Of a stretch of 64,000 nucleotides of DNA, positions 24,500 to 38,600 are shown in pieces. Position numbers and translations under genes: made by a program. The notes beneath the pieces were generated by a model. The model was not told the DNA's origin and did not search any database. It saw only the letters and a list, made by a program, of their open reading frames with translations. The stretch's first letter is position 1. Every line of letters begins with the position of its first letter. This stretch comes from Eledone cirrhosa (lineage: Eukaryota): positions 417,198,001 through 417,262,000 of the forward strand of contig OZ024740.1 of assembly GCA_964016885.1 (NCBI GenBank), read 5' to 3'.

Positions 24500-24944
24500 A
24501 CCTTAACTCTTCAGTATTTATATATCTATCTATATATACTATTGTATTTTTGCGGTAAAGAATTTATCTCACATAATATTGAATCTATAAGATTTTGATA
24601 TCATCTAATTTGAGAACAATACCTTAACTCTTTAGCATTCATATTACTTGTTATTTACTATTTTATTTTCACAGAAAAGGCTTTACCTCACATAACTATA
24701 TCACATAGTATGGAATCTATGAGATTTTGATATTATTTATTTTGAGAACAATACCTTAAAGTCAGTATAAGGGGCCAATTATGGCTGGTTTGAACAGAAA
24801 GAGGTGAGATAATTCTGGCCGGCTATGGCCGGTTTAAATGCTAATGGGCTAACATCAGTATGAGTAGCCATTACGGCCGTTTTGAACAGAAAGAGGTGAG
24901 AGAATTCTGGCTGGATATGGCCAGTTTAGATACTAAAGGGTTAA
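24500..24944. mobile_element. TTAA-bounded MITE-like element with internal duplications
   Basis: ttaactctttagcatt (24624) pairs with tactaaagggttaa (24931-24944); internal segments are duplicated. Confidence 0.45.
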
Positions 24945-25427
24945 ACCATGGCATAAAATTTTAGGAAAGAATTAGAAGGATAGAAGCAATAACCAAATCG
25001 TCTTATGTGACATCAACCTTTCTAACCTCAAATAGGTGAAGAGCTACATCCTTCTCTTAGGACTAAGATAACATGACTGCTGACAAACAGCTTCTACTTG
25101 ACCTCAGGAGCATGTCATTCAACTCAGATAATATTCTCTGACCATAGAATCATAGAATCAATGATGTATAGTCCAGTCCCCAATAAAAATCACTCCAGCT
25201 CTGTCCAACCTGAATTTTCTACAAAACTCAATGGAAATCAATTAAATGAAATCTTGGTTTGTATATGTGATCCTATTTACCTCACATGTGGCAAACATGT
25301 ATGTGACAAACATGTATCAAACTTTACATGTTTCTAATATAAAAATGTATTGGTCACTGTTTATGTTCTTATTTTTTTGTTTTGTCCTCCAATATGAACA
25401 TAGACAGTAAAACATGCAAAAGTACAA

Positions 25428-25621
25428 TAATTGTTTCTACTTTTGGCACAAGGCCAGCAATTATCCCAGTGTATTACTGGTACTTTATTTTATCGACCCC
25501 GTAAGGATGAAAGGCAAAGTTAACCTCGGCAGGATTTGAACTCAGATCATAAAGGGCCGTAACTCTTTGCTGCAAAGCATGGTGTCCGACCCTCTACCGA
25601 TACTGCCAATCCACCGCCCCA
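25428..25621 (-). mobile_element. tRNA-derived SINE, family 1
   Basis: Reverse complement of 4653-4842. Confidence 0.85.
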
Positions 25622-25675
25622 AAACACAATAATACACACATCTACAAATGTACATATACACACACATGAAGTAAC

Positions 25676-26035
25676 ACACATTGACTAATGCATATCTACA
25701 TACACATTGACTAATACATATTCACACACACACATGGACTACACATATCCACACACACACACATTGACTAATACACATTCACACACACTGACTAATACAC
25801 ATTCACAAACACACATTGACTAATACACATTCACACACACACATTCACACACACATTGACTAATACACATTCACACACACACATTGACTAATACACATTC
25901 ACACACACACACATTGACTAATACACATTCACACACACACATTCACTAATACACATTTACACACACACATTGACTAATATACATTCACACACACACACAT
26001 TGACTAATACACATTCACACACACACACACACACA
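25676..26035. repeat. CA-rich minisatellite (attgactaatacacattcacacac)
   Basis: Direct reading. Confidence 0.9.
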
Positions 26036-26104
26036 TGAACAACACATATCCACATCCACACACATATCCACGCATGTACTAACACACACATTATTGATAA
26101 AGTA

Positions 26105-26557
26105 ATAAATAATTTTCTAACATTGGCACAAGGCCAACACATTTTGGAGGGAAAGGTAAAATTAATTTAAAATAATTATTTAACTGGTACGATTATTTTA
26201 TCAACACACAAAAGGCAAGGGATTGACAGAGTCGGTAGAGCGTTGGACAATGCTTTATGGCATAGAGTTATGTCCCTTTATGCTCTGAGTTCAAATCCTA
26301 CTGAGGTTAATTTTGCCTTCCATCCTTAGGGGGTCGATAAAATAGAGTAACCAGTAATACACTGGGGTTGATTTAATTGACTTTCCCTTCTCCCCCAAAG
26401 TTGTTGGCCTTGTGCCAGAAGCCATTATTTTATCAACCCTGGAAAAATGAAAGACAAAGTTGACCTTGACATGGAATATTACAAGATGTGGAAAATACTG
26501 CAAAGCATTTTGTCCGATGCTCTACCAATCCCGTCAATTCCACCAATCCATTGCCCT
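26105..26557. mobile_element. Nested family-1 SINEs: a + copy (~26218-26422) inside an older - copy
   Basis: Plus copy with B-box gagttcaaatcc, flanked by the two halves of a diverged minus copy that share attattttatcaac at the junctions. Confidence 0.6.
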
Positions 26558-26645
26558 CATAAACTAATAAATAATACATATTATACATTAATAATGCATA
26601 ATTATATTAATTTTTTGTTGTTCCAATGTGGAAGAAAAAGGATAT

Positions 26646-26814
26646 TTCTTGAACTTCCCTTTCCTCTGAGCCATAGTACTAGGAAACTCTTCTCTCACAG
26701 CCTTGTTACATGCAGGTCCCCAATGAACCATTTCAGGAATGTTCAGCAGTATACTAATTTTCTGAAGAAGTAGGTCACGTGATACATAACCTTTAGCACA
26801 GCCAACTAATAACT
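26646..26814 (-). CDS. Host gene exon A (169 nt): first RFX-like/winged-helix-type repeat, N-terminal part
   Basis: Acceptor ttttcAG, then open frame (x)LLVGCAKGYVSRDLLLQKISILLNIPEMVHWGPACNKAVREEFPSTMAQRKGKFK, ending at U12 donor |ATATCCTTTT. Clearly paralogous to the exon at 7838-8012. Confidence 0.85.
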
Positions 26815-27360
26815 CTGAAAATATATTAATAAAGTGAAATTAAACAGCAAAATAAATAATTATGACCTTCCTTCTTTACTTTTTTTATAGTAAATTTTTA
26901 TATTTTTAGCCAATTAACATTTGCTAACATGCTATCTTAAAGATATTTATTTTTACAAAGTGAAGTTTCCTTGATGACTGACTTGATGACTAACAAAACT
27001 AACCACCAGAGAAACTTCAAAGTCACTGTCAACCTTTTCCTTATAAAAATAAATTTTATATCCTACTTATATATATTGAGTGCTTTTTCAATTAATGTTT
27101 CAATGCTGTACATATAATGCACACATTAATATATCTTAAGGACAGTGTGCAGGGATTGACATGGGCTTTCCATTCCCTAACTTTGAGATTAATTCTTAAT
27201 TTCTATAAGTTATCTCCCCTTTGCTTTATGAAAGGATTTTTGTTCTCTTTCACTAAGTGAGAAGGAAATTTTCATTAATTATGAATTATTTGTATAATGT
27301 GGTCAATAATACATCACCATTTAACTTTTATACAGAGAGATTATTTAGTCAATTGACAAC

Positions 27361-27490
27361 GAGCTCAGTGGATAATTAGTAAAAGTAGAGAACACCACAA
27401 GCTCAGCAGCCATATTAGTAAAAGTAGAAAACTGACCATAAGCTCAGCAGGTATATTAGTAAAAGTAGAAAACTGACTACAAGCTCAACA
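27361..27490. repeat. ~39-40-bp tandem repeat x3
   Basis: aagctcagcag...attagtaaaagtagaaaactgac. Confidence 0.75.
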
Positions 27491-28111
27491 GTTGCAGGAA
27501 TGTTAACACTTAAAATAAAATTTTGCTAGAGATAGATTACCAAAATTTAATTAGCTGCGGAGGGGACAGGGGTTTGAAAAAATCTGAAAAATTAATAAGT
27601 GGGGTGACTGGGACAATTATTCAAGACTCGAGAGTACCTCAGCTGTCATTGAACAGACATATGTTGAAAGCATTCCAGAATGATTTTTAAGACTTTTGTT
27701 ACCAACCTGGCCAAAACCTGCTCTGGTTCTATGAAATAAAGTCACCCATTTTTTTCAACTTTTCCAATTTATATTAAAATCTTCCAACATAATTTTATAT
27801 AAGAACATTACATTAATTTACTATCTTACTAATGAAATAATTAATTATTATAATAAATCCCTCAAAATGCTTAATAAATTAATTGAAACAATGTATTTCA
27901 TTAGAAATGTGGTTATGAAAAGGTTAAAGTGTTTTATAATGTCAGAAGTAGATTTTTACTTAAATGAAAAAAAACATAAAGTGAAAAAAATAGTTATTTT
28001 ATCTTAGATATCTCACACAATTGGTAGTATTGTTGTTTTTGTTGTTAATGTCAGCAATAATAGTAAAAGAGACATCTCATGTGGTAGAAAGTATTATATT
28101 ATTTATTAACA

Positions 28112-28749
28112 TTGGTATGGGGGACAAGGTGGAAAGGACTGAAGACAGAGACTTTTCTCTTTGGCCAATCCCTCATCAACCATTTCAAGTTTCACTTAGA
28201 AAGGAAGGTGAGGGTGGAGAGAGAAATGCTGCCCCTCCCCCCCCCCAGTACATTTGCTAAAAGGTGGGTAAATGTGGCAAAAATGGCCCAGGTGAATGGG
28301 CTTACTCTGAGCATGTGGCTATAGGCTGGTTAACTTGAGGAGGAGAGCTGTGCCCTCGAAGCATTGAGTGGTTTAGGATTGGTGTGGTACCAGAGTCACC
28401 CCTGGGTGGTTCTCCCCCCCATTGGGGAATTTTATAATTATAATTATATTGTTAATTGTTTTCGTTAATTTGTTTTTACTTGCTCTTATTGTAACCCCCC
28501 CTTCCTCATTATCCCTGTATTGGCCCCTTTATGTAAGCTCTAGTGGCCAATAAATAAATTATTATTGTTGTTGTTAGTGACCCTCGAATGACTCCGTCCC
28601 TATTAAAGAATCCTCTTTTTTTAACATTGAAAAATCTGTTTACACCCCCCCCCCCCACACACACACACAGTCTATGGGTTTGTCCTGTTGTCATAATGTT
28701 TTCTTGATGTTAACCCCTGTAGTGAATAAAGAAATCATTATTATTATTA
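28112..28749 (+). mobile_element. L1/Tx1-like LINE 3' fragment
   Basis: VWGTRWKGLK...FKFHLERKVRVERE...FAKRWVNVAKM resembles a Tx1 ORF2 C-terminus; the 3' UTR ends aataaagaaatc(att)n. Confidence 0.5.
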
Positions 28750-29165
28750 GGTAGATTGGCAGTATGTCAGACAACATGCTTCACGACATAGAGTCATGGC
28801 CCTTTACGTTCTGAGTTCAAATCCCGTCGAGGTTAGCTTTACCTTTCATCCTTACCGGGTCAATAAGATAAAGTACCAGTCATGCACTGGTATTGATTTT
28901 ATCCCCCCCCAAAAAAAAATTGCTGGCCTTGTGCCTAAATCAGAAATCATTATTATTATTATTATTATGATGATAAGGGCAGTGGTTTGGCAGTATCGGT
29001 ATAGTGTCAGACACCATGCGTGGCAGCATCGAGTTATGACTCTTTACGTTGAGTTCTAACCCGCAGAGGTTAACTTTGCCTTTCATCCTTACAGGGTTGA
29101 TAAAATAAAATACTAGTAATGCACTGGGGTAATTGCTGGCCCTGTGCCAAAAGTAGAAACATTAT
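28750..29165 (+). mobile_element. Two tandem family-1 SINEs
   Basis: Two copies (~28750-28950 and ~28976-29165) separated by (TTA)n. Confidence 0.8.
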
Positions 29166-29380
29166 TGTCATCATCATCAATCACGTCTACCCTCAGAATT
29201 GATCTTAATTCGTGGTTTAGTCAAGATAACAGACCACATCCAGTGGTCTTAGGTTATCATTTCCTTCCTTTTGGTATCTAATATCTTTCAGATGACCCTA
29301 GCTTCCTAACATTTCCTCAAACTTAACCAACAGCAATGCTTGTCAACTAAACTATATATACCCAATAAACCACAACACAT

Positions 29381-29562
29381 TTGATGGCTATATATACCCA
29401 TACTTGGTGGCTATATATACCCATACTTGGTGGTTATATACACCCATTCTTGGTGGCTATATATACCCATACTTGGTGGCTATATATACTCATACTTGGT
29501 GGCTATATACACCCATTCTTGGTGGCTATATATACCCATACTTGGTGGCTATAGCTACCCAT
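29381..29562. repeat. 23-bp minisatellite, ~8 copies
   Basis: ttggtggctatatatacccatac. Confidence 0.9.
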
Positions 29563-29612
29563 TTGTTGATTCAAATGTTTATAGTTATACAGATGATTGT
29601 CAACATTTCTAG

Positions 29613-32600
29613 TTTCTGTCCTATTGTTGACATTCAGTAGTAATGGAGATTCTGTCCTATTATTGTTGACATTCAGTAGTAATGAAGATTGTGTCCTATT
29701 GATGTTAACATTCAGTAGTAATGGAGATTGTATCCTATTGTTGTTGACATTCAGTAGTAATGGAGATTGTGTCCTATTGATGTTGACATTCAGTAGTAAT
29801 GGAGATTCTGTCCTATTGTTGTTGACTTTCAGTAGTAATGGAGATTCTGTCCTATTGTTGTTGACATTCAGTAGTAATAGAGATTCTGTCCTATTATTGT
29901 TGTTGACATTCAGTAGTAATAGAGATTGTCCTATTATTGTTGACATTCAGTAGTAATGAAGATTGTGTCCCATTGTTGTTGACATTCAGTAGTAATGGAG
30001 ATTCTGTCCTATTGTTGTTGACATTCAGTAGTAATAGAGATTCTGTCCTATTATTGTTGACATTCAGTAGTAATGAAGATTCTGTCCTATTGTTGTTGAC
30101 ATTCAGTAGTAATGGAGATTCTGTCCTATTGTTGTTGACATTCATTAGTAGTAGAGATTCTGTCCGATTATTGTTGACATTCAGTAGTAATGAAGATTGT
30201 GTCCTATTGTTGATGACATTCAGTCGTAATAGAGATTCTGTCCTATTGTTGTAGACATTCAGTAGTAATGGAGATTCTGTCCTATTGTTGTTGACATTCA
30301 GTAGTAATGGAGATTCTGTCCTATTATTGACATTTAGTAGTAATGGAGATTCTGTCCTATTGTTGTTGACATTCAGTAGTAATGGAGATTCTGTCCTATT
30401 GTTGTTGACATTCAGTAGTAATGGAGATTCTGTCCTATTATTGACATTTAGTAGTAATGGAGATTCTGTCCTATTATTGACATTTAGTAGTAATGGAGAT
30501 TCTGTCCTATTGTTGTTGATATTCAGTAGTAATGGAGATTGTGTCCTATTATTGTTGACATTCAGTAGTAATGGAGATTCTGTCCTATTGTTGTTAACAT
30601 TCAGTCGTAATGGAAATTCTGTCCTATTGTTGTTGACATTCAGTAGTAATGGAGATTCTGTCCTATTGTTGTTGACATTCAGTAGTAATGGAGATTCTGT
30701 CCTATTATTGACATTTAGTAGTAATGGAGATTCTGTCCTATTGTTGTTGACATTGAGCAGTAATGGATATTGTGTCCTATTATTGTTGACATTCAGTAAT
30801 AATGGAGATTCTGTTCTATTGTTGTTAACATTCAGTAGTAATGAAGATTGTGTCCTATTGTTGTTGACATTCAGTAGTAATGGAGATTCTGTCCTATTGT
30901 TGTTGACATTCAGTAGTAATGAAATTGTGTCCTATTGTTGTTGACATTCAGTAGTAATGGAGATTATGTCCTATTGTTGTTGACATTCAGTAGTAATGGA
31001 GATTGTATCCTATTGTTGTTGACATTCAGTAGTAATGGAGATTGTCCTATTATTGTTGACATTCAGTAGTAATGAAGATTGTGTTATTGTTGTTGACATT
31101 CAGTAGTAATAGAGATTCTGTCCTATTGTTGTTGACATTCAGTAGTAATAGAGATTCTGTCCTATTGTTGTTGACATTCAGTAGTAATGGAGATTCTGTC
31201 CTATTATTGACATTTAGTAGTAATGGAGATTCTGTCCTATTGTTGTTGACATTCAGTAGTAATGGAGATTGTGTCCTATTATTGTTGACATTCAGTAGTA
31301 ATGAAGATTGTGTCCTATTGTTGACATTCAGTCGTAATGGAGATTCTGTCCTATTGTTGTTGACATTCAGTAGTAATGGAGATTCTGTCCTATTGTTGTT
31401 GACATTCAGTAGTAATGGAGATTCTGTCCTATTATTGACATTTAGTAGTAATGGAGATTCTGTCCTATTGTTGTTGACATTCAGTAGTAATGGGGATTGT
31501 GTCCTATTATTGTTGACATTCAATAGTAATGGAGATTCTGTCCTATTATTGACATTTAGTAGTAATGGAGATTCTGTCCTATTGTTGTTGACATTCAGTA
31601 GTAATGGAGATTCTGTCCTATTGTTGTTGACATTCAGTAGTAATGGAGATTTTGTCCTATTGTTGTTGACATTCAGTAGTAATGGAGATTGTCCTATTGT
31701 TGTTGACATTCAGTAGTAATGGAGATGTATCCTATTGTTGTTGACATTCAGTAGTAATGGAGATTGTGTCCTATTATTGTTGACATTCAGTAGTAATGGA
31801 GATTGTGTCCTATTGTTGACATTCAGTAGAAATAGAGATTCTGTCCTACTGTTGTTGACATTCAGTAGTAATAGAGATTCTGTCCTATTGTTGTTGACAT
31901 TCAGTAGTAACGGTGATTCTGTCCTATTGTTGTTGACATTCACTAGTAATAGAGATTCTGTCCTATTGTTGTTGACATTCAATAGTAATGGGGATTGTGT
32001 CCTATTATTGTTGATATTCAGTAGTAATGGAGATTCTGTCCTATTGTTGTTGACATTCAGTAGTAATGAAGATTGTGTCCTATTATTATTGACATTCAGT
32101 AGTAATGGAGATTCTGTCCTATTGTTGTTGACTTTCAGTAGTAATGGAGATTCTGTCCTATTGTTGTTGACATTCAGTAGTAATAGAGATTCTGACCTAT
32201 TATTGTTGACATTCAGTAGTAATAGAGATTCTGTCCTATTGTTGTTGACATTCAGTAGTAATGGAGATTCTGTCCTATTGTTGTTGACATTCAGTAGTAA
32301 TGGAGATTCTGTCCTATTATTGACATTTAGTAGTAATGGAGATTCTGTCCTATTGTTGTTGACATTGAGTAATAATGGAGATTGTGTCCTATTATTGTTG
32401 ACATTCAGTAATAATGGAGATTCTGTCCTATTGTTGTTAACATTCAGTAGTAATGAAGATTGTGTCCTATTGTTGTTGACATTCAGTAGTAATGGAGATT
32501 CTGTCCTATTGTTGTTGACATTCAGTAGTAATGGAGATTCTGTCCTATTGTTGTTGACATTCAGTAGTAATGAAATTGTGTCCTATTGTTGTTGACATTC

Positions 32601-35600
32601 AGTAGTAATGGAGATTCTGTCTTATTGTTGTTGACATTCAGTAGTAATGGAGATTTTGTCCTATTGTTGTTCACATTCAGTAGTAATGGAGATTATGTCC
32701 TATTGTTGTTGACATTCAGTAGTAATGGAGATTGTATCCTATTGTTGTTGACATTCAGTAGTAATGGAGATTGTCCTATTATTGTCGACATTCAGTAGTA
32801 ATGGAGATTGTATCCTATTGTTGTTGACATTCAGTAGTAATAGAGATTCTGTCCTATTGTTGTTGACATTCAGTAGTAATAGAGATTCTGTCCTATTGTT
32901 GTTGACATTCAGTAGTAATGGAGATTCTGTTCTATTATTGACATTTAGTAGTAATGGAGATTCTGTCCTATTGTTGTTGACATTCAGTAGTAATGGAGAT
33001 TGTGTCCTATTATTTTTGACATTCAGTAGTAATGAAGATTGTGTCCTATTGTTGTTGACATTCAGTCGTAATGGTGATTCTGTCCTATTGTTGTTGACAT
33101 TCAGTAGTAATGGAGATTCTGTCCTATTGTTGTTGACATTCAGTAGTAATGGAGATTCTGTCCAATTATTGACATTTAGTAGTAATGGAGATTCTGTCCT
33201 ATTGTTGTTGACATTCAGTAGTAATGGGGATTGTGTCCTATTATTGTTGACATTCAGTAGTAATGGAGATTCTGTCCTATTGTTGTTAACATTCAGTCGT
33301 AATGGAGATTCTGTCCTATTGTTGTTGACATTCAGTAGTAATGAAGATTGTGTCCTATTGTTGTTGACATTCAGTAGTAATGGAGATTCTGTCCTATTGT
33401 TGTTGACATTCAGTAGTATTGGAGATTTTGTCCTATTGTTGTTGATATTCAGTAGTAATGGAGATTGTCCTATTGTTGTTGACATTCAGTAGTAATGGAG
33501 ATTGTATCCTATTGTTGTTGACATTCAGTAGTAATGGAGATTGTGTCCTATTATTGTTGACATTCAGAAGTAATGGAGATTGTGTCCTATTGTTGTTGAC
33601 ATTCAGTAGAAATAGAGATTCTGTCCTACTGTTGTTGACATTCAGTAGTAATAGAGATTCTGTCCTATTGTTGTTGACATTCAGTAGTAATGGAGATTCT
33701 GTCCTATTGTTGTTGACATTCACTAGTAATAGAGATTCTGTCCGATTATTGTAAACATTCAGTAGTAATGAAGATTGTGTCCTATTGTTGTTGACATTCA
33801 GTCGTAATGGAGATTGTCCTATTGTTGTTGACATTCAGTAGTAATGGAGATTCTGTCCTATTGTTGACATTTAGTAGTAATGGAGATTCTGTCCTAATGT
33901 TGTTGACATTCAATAGTAATGGAGATTGTGTCCTATTATTGTTGACATTCAGTAGTAATGGAGATTGTGTCCTATTGTTGTTGACATTCAGTAGTAATGG
34001 AGATTATGTCCTGTTGTTGTTGACTTTCAGTAGTAATGGAGATTCTGTCCTATTGTTGACATTCAGTAGTAATAGAGATTCTGACCTATTATTGTTGACA
34101 TTCAGTAGTAATAGAGATTCTGTCCTATTTTTGTTGACATTCAGTAGTAATGGAGATTCTGACCTATTGTTGTTGACATTCAGTAGTAATGGAGATTCTG
34201 TCCTATTCTTGTTAACATTCATTAGTAGTAGAGATTCTGTCCGATTATTGTTGACATTCAGTAGTAATGAAGATTCTGTCCTATTGTTGTTGACATTCAG
34301 TCGTAATAGAGATTCTGTCCTATTGTTGTAGACATTCAGTAGTAATGGAGATTCTGTCCTATTGTTGTTGACATTCAGTAGTAATGGAGATTCTGTCCTA
34401 TTATTGACATTTAGTAGTAATGGAGATTCTGTCCTATTGTTGTTGACATTCAGTAGTAATGGAGATTCTGTCCTATTCTTGTTGACATTCAGTAGTAATG
34501 GAGATTCTGTCCTATTATTGACATTTAGTAGTAATGGATATTCTGTCCTATTCGACATTTAGTAGTAATGGAGATTCTGTCCTATAGTTGTTGATATTCA
34601 CTAGTAATGGAGATTGTGTCCTATTATTGTTGACATTCAGCAGTAATGGAGATTCTGTCCTATTGTTAACATTCAGTCGTAATGGAAATTCTGTCCTATT
34701 GTTGTTGACATTCAGCAGTAATGGAGATTCTGTCCTATTGTTGTTGACATTCAGTAGTAATGGAGATTCTGTCCTATTATTGACATTTAGTAGTAATGGA
34801 GATTCTGTCCTATTGTTGTTGACATTGAGTAGTAATGGATATTGTGTCCTATTATTGTTGACATTCAGTAATAATGGAGATTCTGTCCTATTGTTGTTAA
34901 CATTCAGTAGTAATGAAGATTGTGTCCTATTGTTGTTGACATTCAGTAGTAATGGAGATTCTGTCCTATTGTTGTTGACATTCAGTAGTAATGGAGATTC
35001 TGTCCTATTGTTGTTGACATTCAGTAGTAATGGAGATTCTGTCCTACTGTTGTTGACATTCAGTAGTAATGGAGATTTTGTCCTATTGTTGTTCACATAC
35101 AGTAGTAATGGAGATTATGTCCTATTGTTGTTGACATTCAGTAGTAATGGAGATTGTATCGTATTGTTGTTGACATTCAGTAGTAATGGAGATTGTCCTA
35201 TTATTGTTGACATTCAGTAGTAATGGAGATTGTGTCCTATTGTTGTGACATTCAGTAGAAATAGAGATTCTGTCCTACTGTTGTTGACATTCAGTAGTAA
35301 TAGAGATTCTGTCCTATTGTTGTTGACATTCAGTAGTAATAGAGATTCTGTCCTATTGTTGTTGACATTCAGTAGTAATGGAGATTCTGTCCTATTATTG
35401 ACATTTAGTAGTAATGGAGATTGTGTCCTATTGTTGTTGACATTCAGTAGTAATGGAGATTGTGTCCTATTATTGTTGACATTCAGTAGTAATGAAGATT
35501 GTGTCCTATTATTGTTGACATTCAGTAGTAATGAAGATTGTGTCCTATTGTTGACATTCAGTCGTAATGGAGATTCTGTCCTATTGTTGTTGACATTCAG

Positions 35601-38600
35601 TAGTAATGGAGATTCTGTCCTATTGTTGTTGACATTCAGTAGTAATGGAGATTCTGTCCTATTATTGACATATAGTAGTAATGGAGATTGTGTCCTATTG
35701 TTGTTGACATTCAGTAGAAATAGAGATTCTGTCCTACTGTTGTTGACATTCAGTAGTAATAGAGATTGTGTCCTATTGTTGTGACATTCAGTAGAAATAG
35801 AGATTCTGTCCTACTGTTGTTGACATTCAGTAGTAATAGAGATTCTGTCCTATTGTTGTTGACATTCAGTAGTAATGGTGATTCTGTCCTATTGTTGTTG
35901 ACATTCACTAGTAATAGAGATTCTGTCCTATTGTTGTTGACATTCAATAGTAATGGGGATTGTGTCCTATTATTGTTGACATTCAGTAGTAATGGAGATT
36001 CTGTCCTATTGTTGTTGACATTCAGTAGTAAAGAAGATTGTGTCCTATTGTTATTGACATTCAGTAGTAATGGAGATTCTGTCCTATTGTTGTTGACTTT
36101 CAGTAGTAATGGAGATTCTGTCCTATTGTTGTTGACATTCAGTAGTAATAGAGATTCTGACCTATTATTGTTGACATTCAGTAGTAATAGAGATTCTGTC
36201 CTATTGTTGTTGACATTCAGTAGTAATGGAGATTCTGTCCTATTGTTGTTGACATTCAGTAGTAATGGAGATTCTGTCCTATTATTGACATTTAGTAGTA
36301 ATCGAGATTCTGTCCTATTGTTGTTGACATTCAGTAATAATGGAGATTCTGTCCTATTATTGTTGACATTCAGTAATAATGGAGATTCTGTCCTATTGTT
36401 GTTAACGTTCAGTAGTAATGAAGATTGTGTCCTATTGTTGTTGACATTCAGTAGTAATGGAGATTATGTCCTATTGTTGTTGACATTCAGTAGTAATGGA
36501 GATTCTGTCCTATTGTTGTTGACATTCAGTAGTAATGAAATTGTGTCCTATTGTTGTTGACATTCAGTAGTAATGGAGATTGTCTTATTGTTGATGACAT
36601 TCAGTAGTAATGGAGATGTTGTCCTGTTGTTGTTGACATTCAGTAGTAATGGAGATTGTATCCTATTGTTGTTGACATTCAGTAGTAATGGAGATTGTCC
36701 TATTATTGTTGACATTCAGTAGTAATGGAGATTGTGTCCTATTGTTGTTGACATTCAGTAGTAATAGAGATTCTGTCCTATTGTTGTTGACATTCAGTAG
36801 TAATAGAGATTCTGTCCTATTGTTGTCATTCAGTCGTAATGGAGATTCTGTCCTATTATTGACATTAAGTAGTAATGGAGCTTCTGTCCTATTATTGTTG
36901 ACATTCAGTAATAATGGAGATTCTGTCCTATTGTTGTTAACATTCAGTAGTAATGAAGATTGTGTCCTATTGTTGTTGACATTCAGTCGTAATGGTGATT
37001 CTGTCCTATTGTTGTTGACATTCAGTAGTAATGGAGATTCTGTCCTATTGTTGTTGACATTCAGTAGTAATGAAATTGTGTCCTATTGTTGTTGACATTC
37101 AGTAATAATGGAGACTCTGTCCTATTGTTGTTGACATTCAGTAGTAATGGGGATTGTGTCCTATTATTGTTGACATTCAGTATTAATGGAGATTATGTCC
37201 TATTGTTGTTGACATTCAGTAGTAATGGAGATTGTATCCTATTGTTGTTGACATTCAGTAGTAATGGAGATTGTCCTATTATTGTTGACATTCAGTAGTA
37301 ATGGAGATTGTGTCCTATTGTTGTTGACATTCAGTAGTAATAGAGATTCTGTCCTATTGTTGTTGACATTCAGTAGTAATAGAGATTCTGTCCTATTGTT
37401 GTTGACATTCAGTAGTAATGGAGATTCTGTCCTATTATTGACATTTAGTAGTAATGGAGATTCTGTCCTATTGTTGTTGACATTCAGTAGTAATGGAGAT
37501 TGTGTCCTATTATTTTTGACATTCAGTAGTAATGAAGATTGTATCCTATTGTTGTTGACATTCAGTCGTAATGGTGATTCTGTCCTATTGTTGTTGACAT
37601 TCAGTAGTAATGGAGATTCTGTCCTATTGTTGTTGACATTCAGTAGTAATGGAGATTCTGTCCAATTATTGACATTTAGTAGTAATGGAGATTCTGTCCT
37701 ATTGTTGTTGACATTCAGTAGTAATGGGGATTGTGTCCTATTATTGTTGACATTCAGTAGTAATGGAGATTCTGTCCTATTGTAGCTAACATTCAGTCGT
37801 AATGGAGATTCTGGCCTATTGTTGTTGACATTCAGTAGTAATGAAGATTGTGTCCTATTGTTGTTGACATTCAGTAGTAATGGAGATTCTGTCCTATTGT
37901 TGTTGACATTCAGTAGTAATGGAGATTTTGTCCTATTGTTGTTGACATTCAGTAGTAATGGACATTGTCCTATTGTTGTTGACATTCAGTAGTAATGTAG
38001 ATTGTATCCTATTGTTGTTGACATTCAGTAGTAATGGAGATTGTGTCCTATTATTGTTGACATTCAGTAGTAATGGAGATTGTGTCCTATTGTTGACATT
38101 CAGTAGAAATAGAGATTCTGTCCTACTGTTGTTGACATTCAGTAGTAATAGAGATTCTGTCCTATTGTTGTTGACATTCAGTAGTAATGGAGATTCTGTC
38201 CTATTGTTGTTGACATTCACTAGTAATAGAGATTCTGTCCGATTATTTTAAACATTCAGTAGTAATGAAGATTGTATCCTACTGTTGTTGACATTCAGTC
38301 GTAATGGAGATTGTCCTATTGTTGTTGACATTCAGTAGTAATGGAGATTCTGTCCTATTGTTGACATTTAGTAGTAATGGAGATTCTGTCCTATTGTTGT
38401 TGACATTCAATAGTAATGGAGATTGTGTCCTATTATTGTTGACATTCAGTAGTAATGGAGATTGTATCCTATTGTTGTTGACATTCAGTAGTAATAGAGA
38501 TTCTGTCCTATTGTTGTTGACATTCAGTAGTAATAGAGATTCTGTCCTATTGTTGTTGACATTCAGTAGTAATGGAGATTCTGTTCTATTATTGACATTT

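Larger units (their letters stand above)
12160..26645 (-). other. U12-type AT-AC intron (14,486 nt)
   Basis: 5' ATATCCTTTT; 3' TCTCCTTAAC-gtgctgacaAC; flanking exons join in frame. Confidence 0.8.
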
